The position numbers and the translations under genes are program-made. The notes below the pieces were generated by a model. That model was not told the DNA's origin, ran no database searches, and was given only the letters and a program-made list of their open reading frames with translations. This document shows, piece by piece, positions 19,739 through 29,597 of a stretch of 64,000 bases of DNA (its first letter is position 1; the number at the start of each line of letters is the position of its first letter). The stretch is taken from NCBI GenBank assembly GCA_963758295.1, contig CAVWUU010000001.1, forward strand, positions 576,001 through 640,000, read 5' to 3'. Origin of the DNA: Candidatus Eremiobacteria bacterium (GTDB taxonomy: Bacteria; Vulcanimicrobiota; Vulcanimicrobiia; Vulcanimicrobiales; Vulcanimicrobiaceae).

Positions 19739-20331
19739 GCTTCAAGCGCCTTCGCCGCGCGTGCCAGGAGCAGTTCGGCGACGAACGCCATCGCTGCAAC
19801 GGCAGCCGACGAGGCGAGAAGCAACGGGAGGTCATTCGTTTGCAAAGCGCGCACGACGTCGTCGCCCAGGCCGCCCGCGCCGATGAATGTTGCGAGCGTC
19901 GCCGACCCGATTACCTCGACGGCCGCAGTGCGTACGCCCGCGAGCGCGACCGGCAAGGCTAATGGAACGACCACGCGCGCGAAGCGCTGTGCAGCCGTCA
20001 TTCCCAATCCGGCCGCAGCGTCCAGCGCCGCCACCGGCACGCCTTCGACGGCCAGTTCAACGTTGATGACGATAGGTGGAAGGGCTAGAACCGTAAGCGC
20101 GACCACCGCCGGCGCAAGTCCGACGCCGAGCCACGGCAACAGCAGCGTGAGCAGCGCAAGGCTCGGGAGGGTCCGGCCAATGGCCGCAGCGCCCAACACA
20201 GCCGGTTTGGCGGTGCGGATCTCCGCCGCCAGAATCCCGAGTGGTACGCCGAGCATGCACGCAGCCAAGAGGGCCTCAAGGGAGATCTCGGCATGCCGCA
20301 AGGCGTGCTGGAGAAGGTCCGCCCACATCAT
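19735..20331 (-). CDS. Opu/ProW-type ABC transporter permease
   Basis: RTLPSLALL, DAAAGLGM, ATLATFIGAGGLG; start at ATG 20331 or 20328. Confidence 0.88.
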   Translation of the reverse strand: MMWADLLQHALRHAEISLEALLAACMLGVPLGILAAEIRTAKPAVLGAAAIGRTLPSLALLTLLLPWLGVGLAPAVVALTVLALPPIVINVELAVEGVPVAALDAAAGLGMTAAQRFARVVVPLALPVALAGVRTAAVEVIGSATLATFIGAGGLGDDVVRALQTNDLPLLLASSAAVAAMAFVAELLLARAAKALEA

Positions 20332-20373
20332 TCCTAAGACTTTATCCACAATCCGCAGAAACCATCGGTTCTG

Positions 20374-22479
20374 ATGCTGACGCAACCTGAAGTACCTGTC
20401 GAACAGCCCGGCGTCTCGCTCGACGATCCGTCGCTCTACTTCAGCCGCGAACTCTCGTGGCTCGAGTTCAACGAGCGCGTCCTGGAAGAGGCTCTGGATC
20501 GGAGCAATCCGCTCTTCGAACGGCTCAAGTTCGTGGCGATCTACGGCACGAATCTCGACGAGTTCTTCATGATTCGAGTGGCAGCGATCAAACAGCAAAT
20601 CGAGGCTCAGGTCGTTCGCCGTTCCGAAGACGGCCGCACGCCGGCTGAACACCTCGGCGCTATCTCGGAACGCTTACGAAAATCGTTGGCGGCGCAGATG
20701 CGGGTGCTCAACGACGAACTGCTGCCGGCACTGGAAACGAACAAGATCCGCATTTTGCGCGTCGCCGAGCTCGACGAAGAAACGCAGCTTGCGATGGAAC
20801 GGGTTTTCGACGACCGCCTGTTCCCGGTATTAACCCCGCTTGCGGTTGATAGCGGTCATCCGTTCCCCTACATTTCAAACCTTTCGCTTTCGCTCGCGGT
20901 AGAGCTGGAAGAAGCGACCGCGGACGGCGTGGAGTTGCACTTCGCGCGCGTGAAAATTCCGCCCACGCTTCCGCGGCTCGTTCCCGTCGAGCGTCCAAAC
21001 CCGGAAGAGCGCGCCTTCGTGCTTTTGGAGGACTTGATCGCGCATCATCTCGACGCGCTGTTTCCCGGGATGAGCGTACGCGAGGCGTACGTTTTCCGCG
21101 TTACGCGTGACGCCGATCTCGATCTGCAAGAAGATGAAGCCGACGACTTGTTGCGCGCAATTGAATCGGAGCTGCAGCGCCGCCGCTTCGGAGAACCCGT
21201 GCGGCTCGAAATCGAGCGCGGCATGCCGGAGTACATGCGCGACTTCTTGCTCAACGCGTTGGATCTTTCCGAACTCGATTGTTACGCGGTGGACGGAGTG
21301 ATGGGTCTTGCCGATTTATGGCAGATCGTTAATCTCCCCGATTACGACCAGCTGCGCGATCAGCCGTTCATGCCGGCTATTCCAAAGTCGCTCATCGGCA
21401 AAACGGACCTCTTCGCGCAAATTCGTGAAAACGATTTGCTGCTGCACCACCCGTACGAGTCGTTCGATCCGATCGTGCAATTAGTACAGCAGGCGGCCGA
21501 GGATGACAAAGTTCTCGCCATCAAAGCTACGCTCTATCGCACGTCGGGCAAAAACTCTCCGATCGTTCGCGCGCTGCTCGAAGCGGCGGAAAACGAAAAG
21601 CAAGTCGCGGTCGTCATCGAGTTGAAAGCGCGCTTCGACGAAGAGAACAACATCGACTGGGCAAGACGGCTCGAGCGGGCCGGCGTTCATGTCGTCTACG
21701 GTTTCCCCGAAATGAAGGTCCACGCCAAAACGCTGCTCGTGGTGCGTGAAGAAGACGACGGGATCCGCCGTTACATGCATTTTGGAACCGGTAACTACAA
21801 CGAAAAAACGGGGAAGCTGTACACCGACCTGAGCTTGTTCACGTGCCGGCCTGAGCTTGGTGCCGACGTTACGCAGCTTTTCAACGCGCTAACCGGCTTT
21901 TCGAAGATTACCGACTACGAGGATCTGCTCGTCGCGCCGGTCACCCTGCGTCGTGAGATGCTTGCGATGATCGATCGCGAGACCGAGCACGCTCGCGCCG
22001 GGCGCCCCGCAGGCATTCGCGCCAAACTCAATGCCCTCACCGACGCACAGATCGTGCGCGCGCTCTATCGTGCTTCGCAGGCCGGCGTGTCGGTCGATCT
22101 GCTGGTGCGCGGCATGTGCATCTTGCGCCCCGGCGTTCCCGGGGTGAGCGAATCGATTCGCGTGAAGAGCATCGTCGGCCGGTTCCTGGAGCATTCGCGT
22201 ATTTACGTCTTCGAAAACGGCGGCGACCGCGAAGTCTACATTTCGAGCGCCGACTTGATGGGCCGCAACCTTGACCGCCGCGTCGAACTCGGGGTTCCCG
22301 TCCTCGACCCCGTCGTGGCGGAGACTTTGAATTCGCAGATCCTCTCCGTTCAGCTTGCGGATAACGTCAAATGCCGCGAACTTCAGCCGAGTGGCGTTTA
22401 TAAGCGCCGTACGCCCGGTGCGGGCGAGATGCCCATCGACGCGCAGCGTGTCTTCCTGACGCGCGCCGAAACGCTTTAG
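20374..22479 (+). CDS. ppk1: Polyphosphate kinase 1
   Basis: RELSWLEFNERV, NLDEFFMIRV, HHPYESF, ELKARFDEENN, VHAK, GRFLEHSR. Confidence 0.97.
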   Translation: MLTQPEVPVEQPGVSLDDPSLYFSRELSWLEFNERVLEEALDRSNPLFERLKFVAIYGTNLDEFFMIRVAAIKQQIEAQVVRRSEDGRTPAEHLGAISERLRKSLAAQMRVLNDELLPALETNKIRILRVAELDEETQLAMERVFDDRLFPVLTPLAVDSGHPFPYISNLSLSLAVELEEATADGVELHFARVKIPPTLPRLVPVERPNPEERAFVLLEDLIAHHLDALFPGMSVREAYVFRVTRDADLDLQEDEADDLLRAIESELQRRRFGEPVRLEIERGMPEYMRDFLLNALDLSELDCYAVDGVMGLADLWQIVNLPDYDQLRDQPFMPAIPKSLIGKTDLFAQIRENDLLLHHPYESFDPIVQLVQQAAEDDKVLAIKATLYRTSGKNSPIVRALLEAAENEKQVAVVIELKARFDEENNIDWARRLERAGVHVVYGFPEMKVHAKTLLVVREEDDGIRRYMHFGTGNYNEKTGKLYTDLSLFTCRPELGADVTQLFNALTGFSKITDYEDLLVAPVTLRREMLAMIDRETEHARAGRPAGIRAKLNALTDAQIVRALYRASQAGVSVDLLVRGMCILRPGVPGVSESIRVKSIVGRFLEHSRIYVFENGGDREVYISSADLMGRNLDRRVELGVPVLDPVVAETLNSQILSVQLADNVKCRELQPSGVYKRRTPGAGEMPIDAQRVFLTRAETL

Positions 22480-22518
22480 CGTTTACGCTGTTCGAAACGT
22501 CGCGCATTTCAATCGAAC

Positions 22519-22989
22519 TTATTCGACGCCGTGCTCGCTTGCGAGTTCCAGGACGATCTTCCACTCCTGGGGCGTGAGCGGTTGAACGGAGAGGCGCTGG
22601 CCGCGCTTCAGTAACGCCATGCCGACTAAGCGTGGTTCGTTACGCATGCGCGCCAGTGTTACGGGATTCTCCAGCGGCTCGACGTACTCGACGTCGACCA
22701 TCATCCAAATCGGTTTGTCCGGCTTAGCGCGCCCATCGTGGTATTCGCTGTTTTTGTCGAACTGCGAGAAATCGGGGTACGCCGTTCGCGCTACCTTGCA
22801 GATGCCGACTGCAGCCGGTTCGGCGATGCTTGAATGGTAGAAGAGCCCCATGTCGCCGGCTTGCATCTCGATCATATTGTTGCGCGCCTGAAAATTACGA
22901 ACGCCGGTCCACGGTGTCGTCTGATCCTTGCGCAACTGCTCGAAGCTATACGCATGCGGTTCGCTCTTGAAAAGCCAATAGCGGGACAT
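22519..22989 (-). CDS. EVE domain-containing protein
   Basis: YWLFKSEP, WTGVRNFQARN, FYHS, RLSVQP. Confidence 0.93.
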   Translation of the reverse strand: MSRYWLFKSEPHAYSFEQLRKDQTTPWTGVRNFQARNNMIEMQAGDMGLFYHSSIAEPAAVGICKVARTAYPDFSQFDKNSEYHDGRAKPDKPIWMMVDVEYVEPLENPVTLARMRNEPRLVGMALLKRGQRLSVQPLTPQEWKIVLELASEHGVE

Positions 22990-23020
22990 TAACGGCTCCT
23001 TCTACAATGCGTTCCGGCGT

Positions 23021-24505
23021 ATGATCCGGCGTTTTACGGCGATTGGGCTTTTCGGCTGCCTGCTCCTCGGAGGGCGTGCCGAAGCGGCAGCGCCGCAACA
23101 GCACTGGCTTGTCGTAAGCGACGTCCACTTCGACCCGTTCTCGGATTCACGCATCGTGGGACGCCTCGTCGCTGCTCCGGCCGAACGTTGGCGCAGTGTG
23201 TTTGCAAGCGCCGGTCCCATGCCGTTTTCGAATTATGGAAGCGATACCAACTACCCATTGTTGGAGTCCGCCCTCGAAGGGATGCGTAACGAACTCGCGG
23301 CGCCCGATGTAACGATCGTCTCCGGCGATTTTCTCGCACATGACTTTCGCAAGAAGTTTCAGGCCGCGACGAAGCTCCAGGACGAGCGCTCCTACGATAC
23401 GTTCGTTGATAAGACGATGACGTTTCTCGCGAACGAGTTCGTTACGGCGTTTCCGCACTCGAAATTCTTGCCGGCGATCGGCAACAACGATTCGTATTGC
23501 GGCGATTACGCGAGCGAACCGAACAGTCCGTTCCTCATGCACATGGCGCAGGTGTGGAGCGCCGGCGTCGGCGCGCCCGATGGCAGCTCGTGGCGGACGC
23601 AATTTTCGGCGGGCGGCTATTATACGGTGCCGTTGCCGTTAGCGAACGCTCGCGCGGTCGTCGTCAACGACGTCTTCTGGTCCCAAAAATACACCAATGC
23701 GTGCGGCGATAAGACGTCCGATCCAGGCGGCGATGAAATGAATTGGCTGCGCTCGACGTTGGACGGCACGGGTCCGCGCACCCCGGCTTGGGTGATCGGT
23801 CACATCCCGCCCGGCGTCGACGTCTTTTCGACATTGAGCAACGGCGCCGGCACGAACGGTGTGACGATGATGTTGGCCGAGCGGTTCAACGACGGATTGA
23901 TCGGCGCCATCGACGACGCGCAAGACGTGGTGATGGCGATCGCCGGTCACACGCACATGAATTCGTTCCGCGTCATCGGCCCCAATCCGAGCCGTGCCGT
24001 TACGCCGATGTTCGTAGTCCCGGCGGTAAGCCCGGTCTATTCCAACAACCCGGCTTTTACCACGCTCGACATTGACGGCTCGAGCGCTGCAGTGACGGAT
24101 TCCCGCACGTTTGTCCTCGAGGACCTTTCCGCGCTGGCGAAAGATGGAAGGCGGCCCGCAAAATGGCGCCGCGAATACGATTTCGGCAGCGTCTTCGGTC
24201 ACGGCACGATTGATGCGCCTCGTTTGGAAGACGTGGAGCAGACGATGTTCCGCGACGACCGGGTGCGCATGCGATTCGAGCAGTACTACGATAGCGAGAG
24301 CGGTCGCGTCCCGATAACCGATCCTGTTTGGCGCGCATACTGGTGTGGCAATATCGCTCTCACGCCAACGGCATACACGGCATGCGCGATGCCGCAAATC
24401 CAGCGCTCTATGCCGCCCCAACCGACGCCTCCGCCTACTGCGGTCCCATCGCCAAGCCCGTCGCCGGCAGCGAGCCCGTCGCCGAAAGCGACGGCCCTGC
24501 CGTGA
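23021..24505 (+). CDS. Secreted calcineurin-like metallophosphoesterase (ASMase/SMPDL3/Ppn1-like), paralog A
   Basis: Signal peptide; SDVH, GDFLAH, GNND, GHIPPG, GHTH; Pro/Ser-rich tail. Confidence 0.82.
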   Translation: MIRRFTAIGLFGCLLLGGRAEAAAPQQHWLVVSDVHFDPFSDSRIVGRLVAAPAERWRSVFASAGPMPFSNYGSDTNYPLLESALEGMRNELAAPDVTIVSGDFLAHDFRKKFQAATKLQDERSYDTFVDKTMTFLANEFVTAFPHSKFLPAIGNNDSYCGDYASEPNSPFLMHMAQVWSAGVGAPDGSSWRTQFSAGGYYTVPLPLANARAVVVNDVFWSQKYTNACGDKTSDPGGDEMNWLRSTLDGTGPRTPAWVIGHIPPGVDVFSTLSNGAGTNGVTMMLAERFNDGLIGAIDDAQDVVMAIAGHTHMNSFRVIGPNPSRAVTPMFVVPAVSPVYSNNPAFTTLDIDGSSAAVTDSRTFVLEDLSALAKDGRRPAKWRREYDFGSVFGHGTIDAPRLEDVEQTMFRDDRVRMRFEQYYDSESGRVPITDPVWRAYWCGNIALTPTAYTACAMPQIQRSMPPQPTPPPTAVPSPSPSPAASPSPKATALP

Positions 24506-25818
24506 TTCGAGCGCTCGCATTTTTGGCTATCGTTCTCGCGCTATGCGCGGGCGTCGCACGCGCGGACGAGCGCTGGATCGTGGTCACTGACATCCATCTC
24601 AATCCGTACGATCGTTCGTCGCACGGCCATCGCGGCAGCGATACCAACGAGTCGCTGTGGGCCCTTACGCTTAGCCAATTACGAGACGAACGCCCACCGT
24701 CGGTTGTCGTCATCGGCGGCGACTTTCTTGCGCACCATTTCGATACGCTGGCGCGCAATAACGGAGACGATCCTGACACCGCGGGATTGCGTACGATGAA
24801 AAAGGTGGCCTCGGATTTGTCGCACGTATTTCCGCACGCGCAGTTTCTCATCACCCTGGGGAACAATGACGATCCATGCGGCGACTATCGCAGCGAGACC
24901 GGCGGAAACTTTCAACGGCAACTCGCGTCGACGTTTGAGCCGCTCGTGAATCGAAACGGTTCTTCCCCGGATTTTTCGCGTCAATTCCAGCAAGGCGGAT
25001 ACTACGCCGTTCGTTTGCCCGGAGACCGGCGCGCGCTGGTGCTCAACAGCGTCCTATGGTCTTTCGTGTATCGCGGCGGCTGCAATTCGTCCGGGCGGGG
25101 CGCCGGAAGCAAAGAGCTTTCGTGGTTAGCATCGATGTTGCAAAGCCCGCAGCGCTCCGTGCTCGTGATGCACATGCCGCCCGGTTACGATCCCCAGAGC
25201 ACGACCTCTGCCCACCGCATCGTCGCCGTCCCGTTTCTATCGACGGCGAATAACGGCGACCTGCTTTCGGAAATGCAAGCGGCGTCGGATCATATCTCGT
25301 TTGCAATTGCCGGCCATACGCATCGCTACGACTTCCGCGTAGCCGGCGGCGTTCCGATGCTCGTTGCGTCTTCGATTTCGCCGATCTATCGAAATCAGCC
25401 CGCGTTTTTCGAACTCGACGTTACTTCGAGCGGTGAATTAAAAGACGTCACTCCGGTAACCTACGATCCGTGGGAAGAGACGTGGGATCGCGAAACGTCG
25501 TTCGACGCGCTCTACGGAATCAACGCGTTTACCGCGCCAAATCTCGAGCGGGTTTCGCAACGCATCGGCAGCGATGAAGACGTGCGACGCAAATGGATTG
25601 CCGCGTACGACGTGTGGTCGTACCGCATGGGCGACATTGCCGACCATTCCTGGCGCGTGTATTGGTGCGCGCAGACCGAACTCTCAAGCGGCTACGGCGC
25701 GTGTGCTGGAACGGAGCGGCGAACGACTGGCCTCATTGCCGTCGCAATCGCCGCTGCGCTTCTCGTAATCGGGCTTTTGATGTTACTAATGCGGCGCTTT
25801 ATTGTGGCCCGGAGGTAG
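24502..25818 (+). CDS. Membrane-anchored ASMase/Ppn1-like metallophosphoesterase, paralog B
   Basis: GTG at 24502 overlaps the upstream TGA; TDIH, GDFLAH, GNND, HMPPG, GHTH; C-terminal TM helix with basic tail. Confidence 0.82.
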   Translation: MIRALAFLAIVLALCAGVARADERWIVVTDIHLNPYDRSSHGHRGSDTNESLWALTLSQLRDERPPSVVVIGGDFLAHHFDTLARNNGDDPDTAGLRTMKKVASDLSHVFPHAQFLITLGNNDDPCGDYRSETGGNFQRQLASTFEPLVNRNGSSPDFSRQFQQGGYYAVRLPGDRRALVLNSVLWSFVYRGGCNSSGRGAGSKELSWLASMLQSPQRSVLVMHMPPGYDPQSTTSAHRIVAVPFLSTANNGDLLSEMQAASDHISFAIAGHTHRYDFRVAGGVPMLVASSISPIYRNQPAFFELDVTSSGELKDVTPVTYDPWEETWDRETSFDALYGINAFTAPNLERVSQRIGSDEDVRRKWIAAYDVWSYRMGDIADHSWRVYWCAQTELSSGYGACAGTERRTTGLIAVAIAAALLVIGLLMLLMRRFIVARR

Positions 25819-26653
25819 TGGGCCGCTTCGGGTCGGCAATCCACTCGCTCCACGATCCGGCATAGAGCCGCGAGCCGCGCATGCCGGCGATCTCCATCGC
25901 CAGCATATTCGCGGCGGCGGAAACGCCGGAACCGCATTGATGTACCACGCGTTCGGACGGTCCGATAGATTCGAAACGCCGGCGAAGCTCGTCCGCCGTC
26001 CGAAAGCGTAGATCCGTGCCGTAATTTTCTTTGAACCAGCGGTTGCGCGCGCCCGGAATATGTCCCGCCACCGGATCGATCGTTTCGTTCTGGCCGGCGA
26101 ATCGATCGGCAGCGCGCGCATCCACCAATTGCATCGACCCGGCATCCAGCTGCGAATGTACGTAGTCCGCATCCACGATTAGATCGGGGTGCAGCCGCAC
26201 TTGGAGGTTGCCGAGGCCTTTAGTAAACGACGAAGCGGAAGTGACCGGTTGTCCTGCATTCTGCCAGGCGTAAAAACCGCCGTTGAGAACCGCGACGGCT
26301 TCGTGACCGATCCACCGCCCAAGGACCCACAGACGTGCGGCAAACATGTCGCCGCCGCCGTCGTACGCTACGATCTGCGTGTCATTGGAGACGCCGCAGC
26401 CCCGCAGATAAGCTGCGAATGCTTCCGGATCGGGCAGCGGATGACGTCCGTTCATCCCGCTCTTTTCGCCGGCGAGATCGCTCTCTACGTCGGCGAAGAA
26501 CGCTCCGGGAATGTGCGATTCGGCATAAAGCTTGCGTCCCAGATCCGGGTCCGGTCCGCCCGGAATCGCACTGCGGCAATCGATGACGACCCACTTGGGA
26601 TCGTCACCGTGTTGCGCAAGCGTTTCAATGTCGACGAGCGTGCGATACGCCAT
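25799..26653 (-). CDS. Two-domain rhodanese / 3-mercaptopyruvate sulfurtransferase (SseA-like)
   Basis: HIPGA twice, GRHPLP, CGSGVSA active loop, LYAGSWSEW. Confidence 0.93.
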   Translation of the reverse strand: MAYRTLVDIETLAQHGDDPKWVVIDCRSAIPGGPDPDLGRKLYAESHIPGAFFADVESDLAGEKSGMNGRHPLPDPEAFAAYLRGCGVSNDTQIVAYDGGGDMFAARLWVLGRWIGHEAVAVLNGGFYAWQNAGQPVTSASSFTKGLGNLQVRLHPDLIVDADYVHSQLDAGSMQLVDARAADRFAGQNETIDPVAGHIPGARNRWFKENYGTDLRFRTADELRRRFESIGPSERVVHQCGSGVSAAANMLAMEIAGMRGSRLYAGSWSEWIADPKRPTTSGPQ

Positions 26654-26655
26654 GG

Positions 26656-27012
26656 TTAATGCAGATTGATAGTGGTCTTGGGCTGAACTTCGGAACCGAA
26701 CGTTTCTTTCAGAACCGTTTGCAGCTCGCCGTTTTGCGCCATCGGCCCGAGGATGTCGGTGTCGCCGTAAAACTTGCCGTTGATGAACACTTTAGGCAGG
26801 GTCGGCCAGTTGGTCATGTCGGCGAGGACTTCGCGCTTCGGCATATTTTCGAGCACGTCGATAACTTCGAACGGGAAGCCAAAGTGATCGAAAAATTGGA
26901 TCGTTTCCAGCGTGAACCCGCAACGCGGCGCGTCCTTCGTGCCTTTTCCGTACACGAGAATTTTGTTCGCGGCGATTTCGCGTTCGATTTCTGATTGCAA
27001 TTGATCTGACAT
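26656..27012 (-). CDS. grxD: Monothiol glutaredoxin (Grx4 family, CGFT variant)
   Basis: KGT..APRCGFT, NWPTLPKVFING; adjacent to bolA. Confidence 0.88.
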   Translation of the reverse strand: MSDQLQSEIEREIAANKILVYGKGTKDAPRCGFTLETIQFFDHFGFPFEVIDVLENMPKREVLADMTNWPTLPKVFINGKFYGDTDILGPMAQNGELQTVLKETFGSEVQPKTTINLH

Positions 27013-27016
27013 ATTC

Positions 27017-27253
27017 CTAGCCTTCGGTGGTGACGGTTTTGAGTTCGACCGCGTGGACGCGGCCGTCTTTGAGCGCGCCGCGAAGCGCACTGTAAACGAG
27101 TTGATGCTGTTCGATGAGCGTCCGTCCGGCGAAGTCGCGCGAGCGCACGGTGACGTTGAAATGATCCATCGTTCCGGTACGGTCGTAGACGTCTACGTCG
27201 GCATCGGGAATTTGCGCACGGATCAGTGCGGTAAGAGAGTCGTTATCGATCAT
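27017..27253 (-). CDS. BolA-family protein
   Basis: DHF.V.V.S..FAG..LIEQHQLVY, VHAVELKT. Confidence 0.92.
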   Translation of the reverse strand: MIDNDSLTALIRAQIPDADVDVYDRTGTMDHFNVTVRSRDFAGRTLIEQHQLVYSALRGALKDGRVHAVELKTVTTEG

Positions 27254-27262
27254 GCTTTCTTG

Positions 27263-27514
27263 CTACGGGTTCAAGCGGGGACGGTCGCCATGCAACGTTT
27301 CTGCCAACCCGCGTGCCTCGCGCAGGGTTTCCGGCAGACGGGCGGCACTGCGCGATAGCATAGCGGCTACGCCGCCCGCAATCACGATACCCGTAACTCC
27401 GACTAATATCGCCGGGACGCCCGTTGCGCGGACGGGACCGATCTGGATCGTGAAGGTCTCTTGCGTGCGTCGGATGCCCTTGAACAAGGCGCGCACGATT
27501 CCAGTTTTCGGCAT
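27263..27514 (-). CDS. Small hypothetical membrane protein
   Basis: 83-aa ORF with one TM segment, ends 9 bp before the bolA start. Confidence 0.55.
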   Translation of the reverse strand: MPKTGIVRALFKGIRRTQETFTIQIGPVRATGVPAILVGVTGIVIAGGVAAMLSRSAARLPETLREARGLAETLHGDRPRLNP

Positions 27515-27589
27515 GCCGCGGTTTTCGCCGCGCAATAGAGGAAACTCCCACGTCCGTAGCAACTGAGTTTCACCGTCATGCCTTCGAAG

Positions 27590-28589
27590 ATGCGCGCGGT
27601 CCGGTTGTACGAAATCGGGGGTCCGCAAAAACCTCAGGATCGACGAGATGCAACGGCCGGAGCCGGCTGCCGGCGAAGTCCTAGTCCGGATTCAAGCAGC
27701 CGCCTTTAACCGGCGCGATATTTTCATCACCCAAGGCCTCTATCCGAATATCGCGCTTCCGCGCACGCTAGGCTCGGACGGTGCGGGCGTTGTGGAGGCT
27801 GTCGGCGATGGGGTCGTCGGTTTCGTCAGGAGCGACGAAGTCGTCATCGATCCCACGATGGGTTGGGGCGACAATCCCCACGTGTGGAGTTCCGAAGCGA
27901 CGATTCTCGGCATGCCGCGCGACGGCACATTCGCGCAGTACGTCAGCGTGCCGCGTGAAAACATTCGCATCAAACCGGTTGAACTCTCGATGGAACAGGC
28001 TGCGGCGATTCCCCTCGCCGGACTAACCGGATATCGCGCCGTGCACACACGCGGCGACTTGAAACCCGGCGAAACGGTGTTGCTGCCCGGCATCGGCGGG
28101 GGCGTGCAAACAATGGCGCTTCTTTTCGCGAAAAAAGCCGGCGCTCGCGCGATCGTTACCTCGGGCGACGATGAAAAGCTCGAGAAAGCTCGCGCGCTCG
28201 GCGCCGATGAAACGCTAAACTATTCAAGCGATCCCGATTGGCATAAAACGCTGCGCAAGCTTGGCCCGGTCGATCTGGTGGTCGATTCTTCGGGAGGCGA
28301 TACGTTGAATAAGGTGCTCGGCGCGATGCGCCCCGGCGGCCGCATAGTAATCTACGGCGGAACGCGCATCGAATCGACGTTCCGGCTGTTTCCACTGTTC
28401 TGGAACCACATCGACATCCGCGGTACGTCCATGGGGAGTCCGCAGGATTTCACGAAGATGCTCGAGCTTTTCGAAGGCGGATTAAAACCTGCCATAGACC
28501 GCGTCTACCCGTTGGACGACGCCGCCGCAGCCGCCGAGCGCATGGCTTCGAGCGACCAGTTCGGAAAGATCGTGCTGCGCGTCGATTAG
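27590..28589 (+). CDS. MDR-family NADPH:quinone oxidoreductase / Zn-ADH-like; +1 frameshift in the A5 run at 27627-27631
   Basis: MRAVRLYEIGGPQ from ATG 27590 joins NLRIDEMQRPEP if one A is removed; GSDGAGVV, GIGGGV, GTSMGS, QFGKIVL. Confidence 0.88.
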
Positions 28590-28676
28590 CCGGTTCTAAC
28601 GGTGGCCGCCGCTATCGGCGGCAGCACGGCAAGGAAGTAGAAGGCAGCGATCCTTCCAGACCCAAAAGCGCGCTTC

Positions 28677-29597
28677 TCAAGAGAGAGTGTACGTGTAAAT
28701 CGTGTCGAGTTGAAGCATCGCGCCGAGCTCCGCTTCGACGACGGCGGCATGCTCTTCGCCGACGATCGTTGCCCACGGAGGGTTCATGATCGTTCGTTCG
28801 ATGTCGGTCATTGCTCGTGTGACGGGTTCCGCGTGTACGCGGCTTTCATCTTGAAGCGCCAAAAGATAGGCCAGCATTTGGCGCGCCATCGCGGCCCATA
28901 ACTGCGAGCGCTCGTCGCCGTAAATTCTGCGGACGAGTTGGGGAATCGTTTGCGGGCCTTCTTGCAAAGCCGTGAGCAATTCCGCTTCGCGTGTTTGGCG
29001 ATGCGCGATGTACTCGGCAATTTTTGCTTGGGCATCTTCAACAACGGGTCCGTGCCCGCCGTAAATGCGTTGGGCTTCCGGAAACTCTTTCGCTAGTCGT
29101 GCGAGAGTTTTCTGATAGGGGCGCATCGCGCCGCCGGGCGGCGCAATCACAACGGTGCCTTCGCCTAAGATCACGTCGCCCGTGAATAACGCGCGCTCGC
29201 GCGGTTCGTGAAAGATCACGTGATCGAACGTATGGCCCGGCGCGTCTATGATCTCCAGTTCAAGGGCCGAGATGCGAAGGATCGCCTCGAGCGGAAGATC
29301 GCGGTCGTGTTGCACCTCGGAATGCGGATGCGCGTAAACCGGTGCGCCGCTTCGTGCAGCAAGGAGCGCCGCGCCCGGAGCGTGATCCGGATGGCCGTGC
29401 GTGAGTGCGATCGCGGTAATCCGCAGTCGACGTTGCGCCGCGTTTGCCATGATGGCGTCGATGTGCTTTTCCATGGCCGGTCCCGGATCGATAGCGAGCG
29501 CTTCACCATGGCCGGCATCGATGACGTACGAATTCGTGCCGGTCAACGTCATCGGAGATGGATTTTTCGCGCGAACGAGCGCGATCGCGCTCACCAC
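28677..29597 (-). CDS. MBL-fold metallo-hydrolase (LACTB2-like)
   Basis: NPSPMTLTGTNSY, THGHPDH, PGHTFDH, FTGD, GHGP. Confidence 0.9.
   Translation of the reverse strand: MVSAIALVRAKNPSPMTLTGTNSYVIDAGHGEALAIDPGPAMEKHIDAIMANAAQRRLRITAIALTHGHPDHAPGAALLAARSGAPVYAHPHSEVQHDRDLPLEAILRISALELEIIDAPGHTFDHVIFHEPRERALFTGDVILGEGTVVIAPPGGAMRPYQKTLARLAKEFPEAQRIYGGHGPVVEDAQAKIAEYIAHRQTREAELLTALQEGPQTIPQLVRRIYGDERSQLWAAMARQMLAYLLALQDESRVHAEPVTRAMTDIERTIMNPPWATIVGEEHAAVVEAELGAMLQLDTIYTYTLS

Noticed and set aside
20332..20373. Replication origin
   Set aside because: Only one DnaA box, no AT-rich unwinding element, and no dnaA/dnaN context
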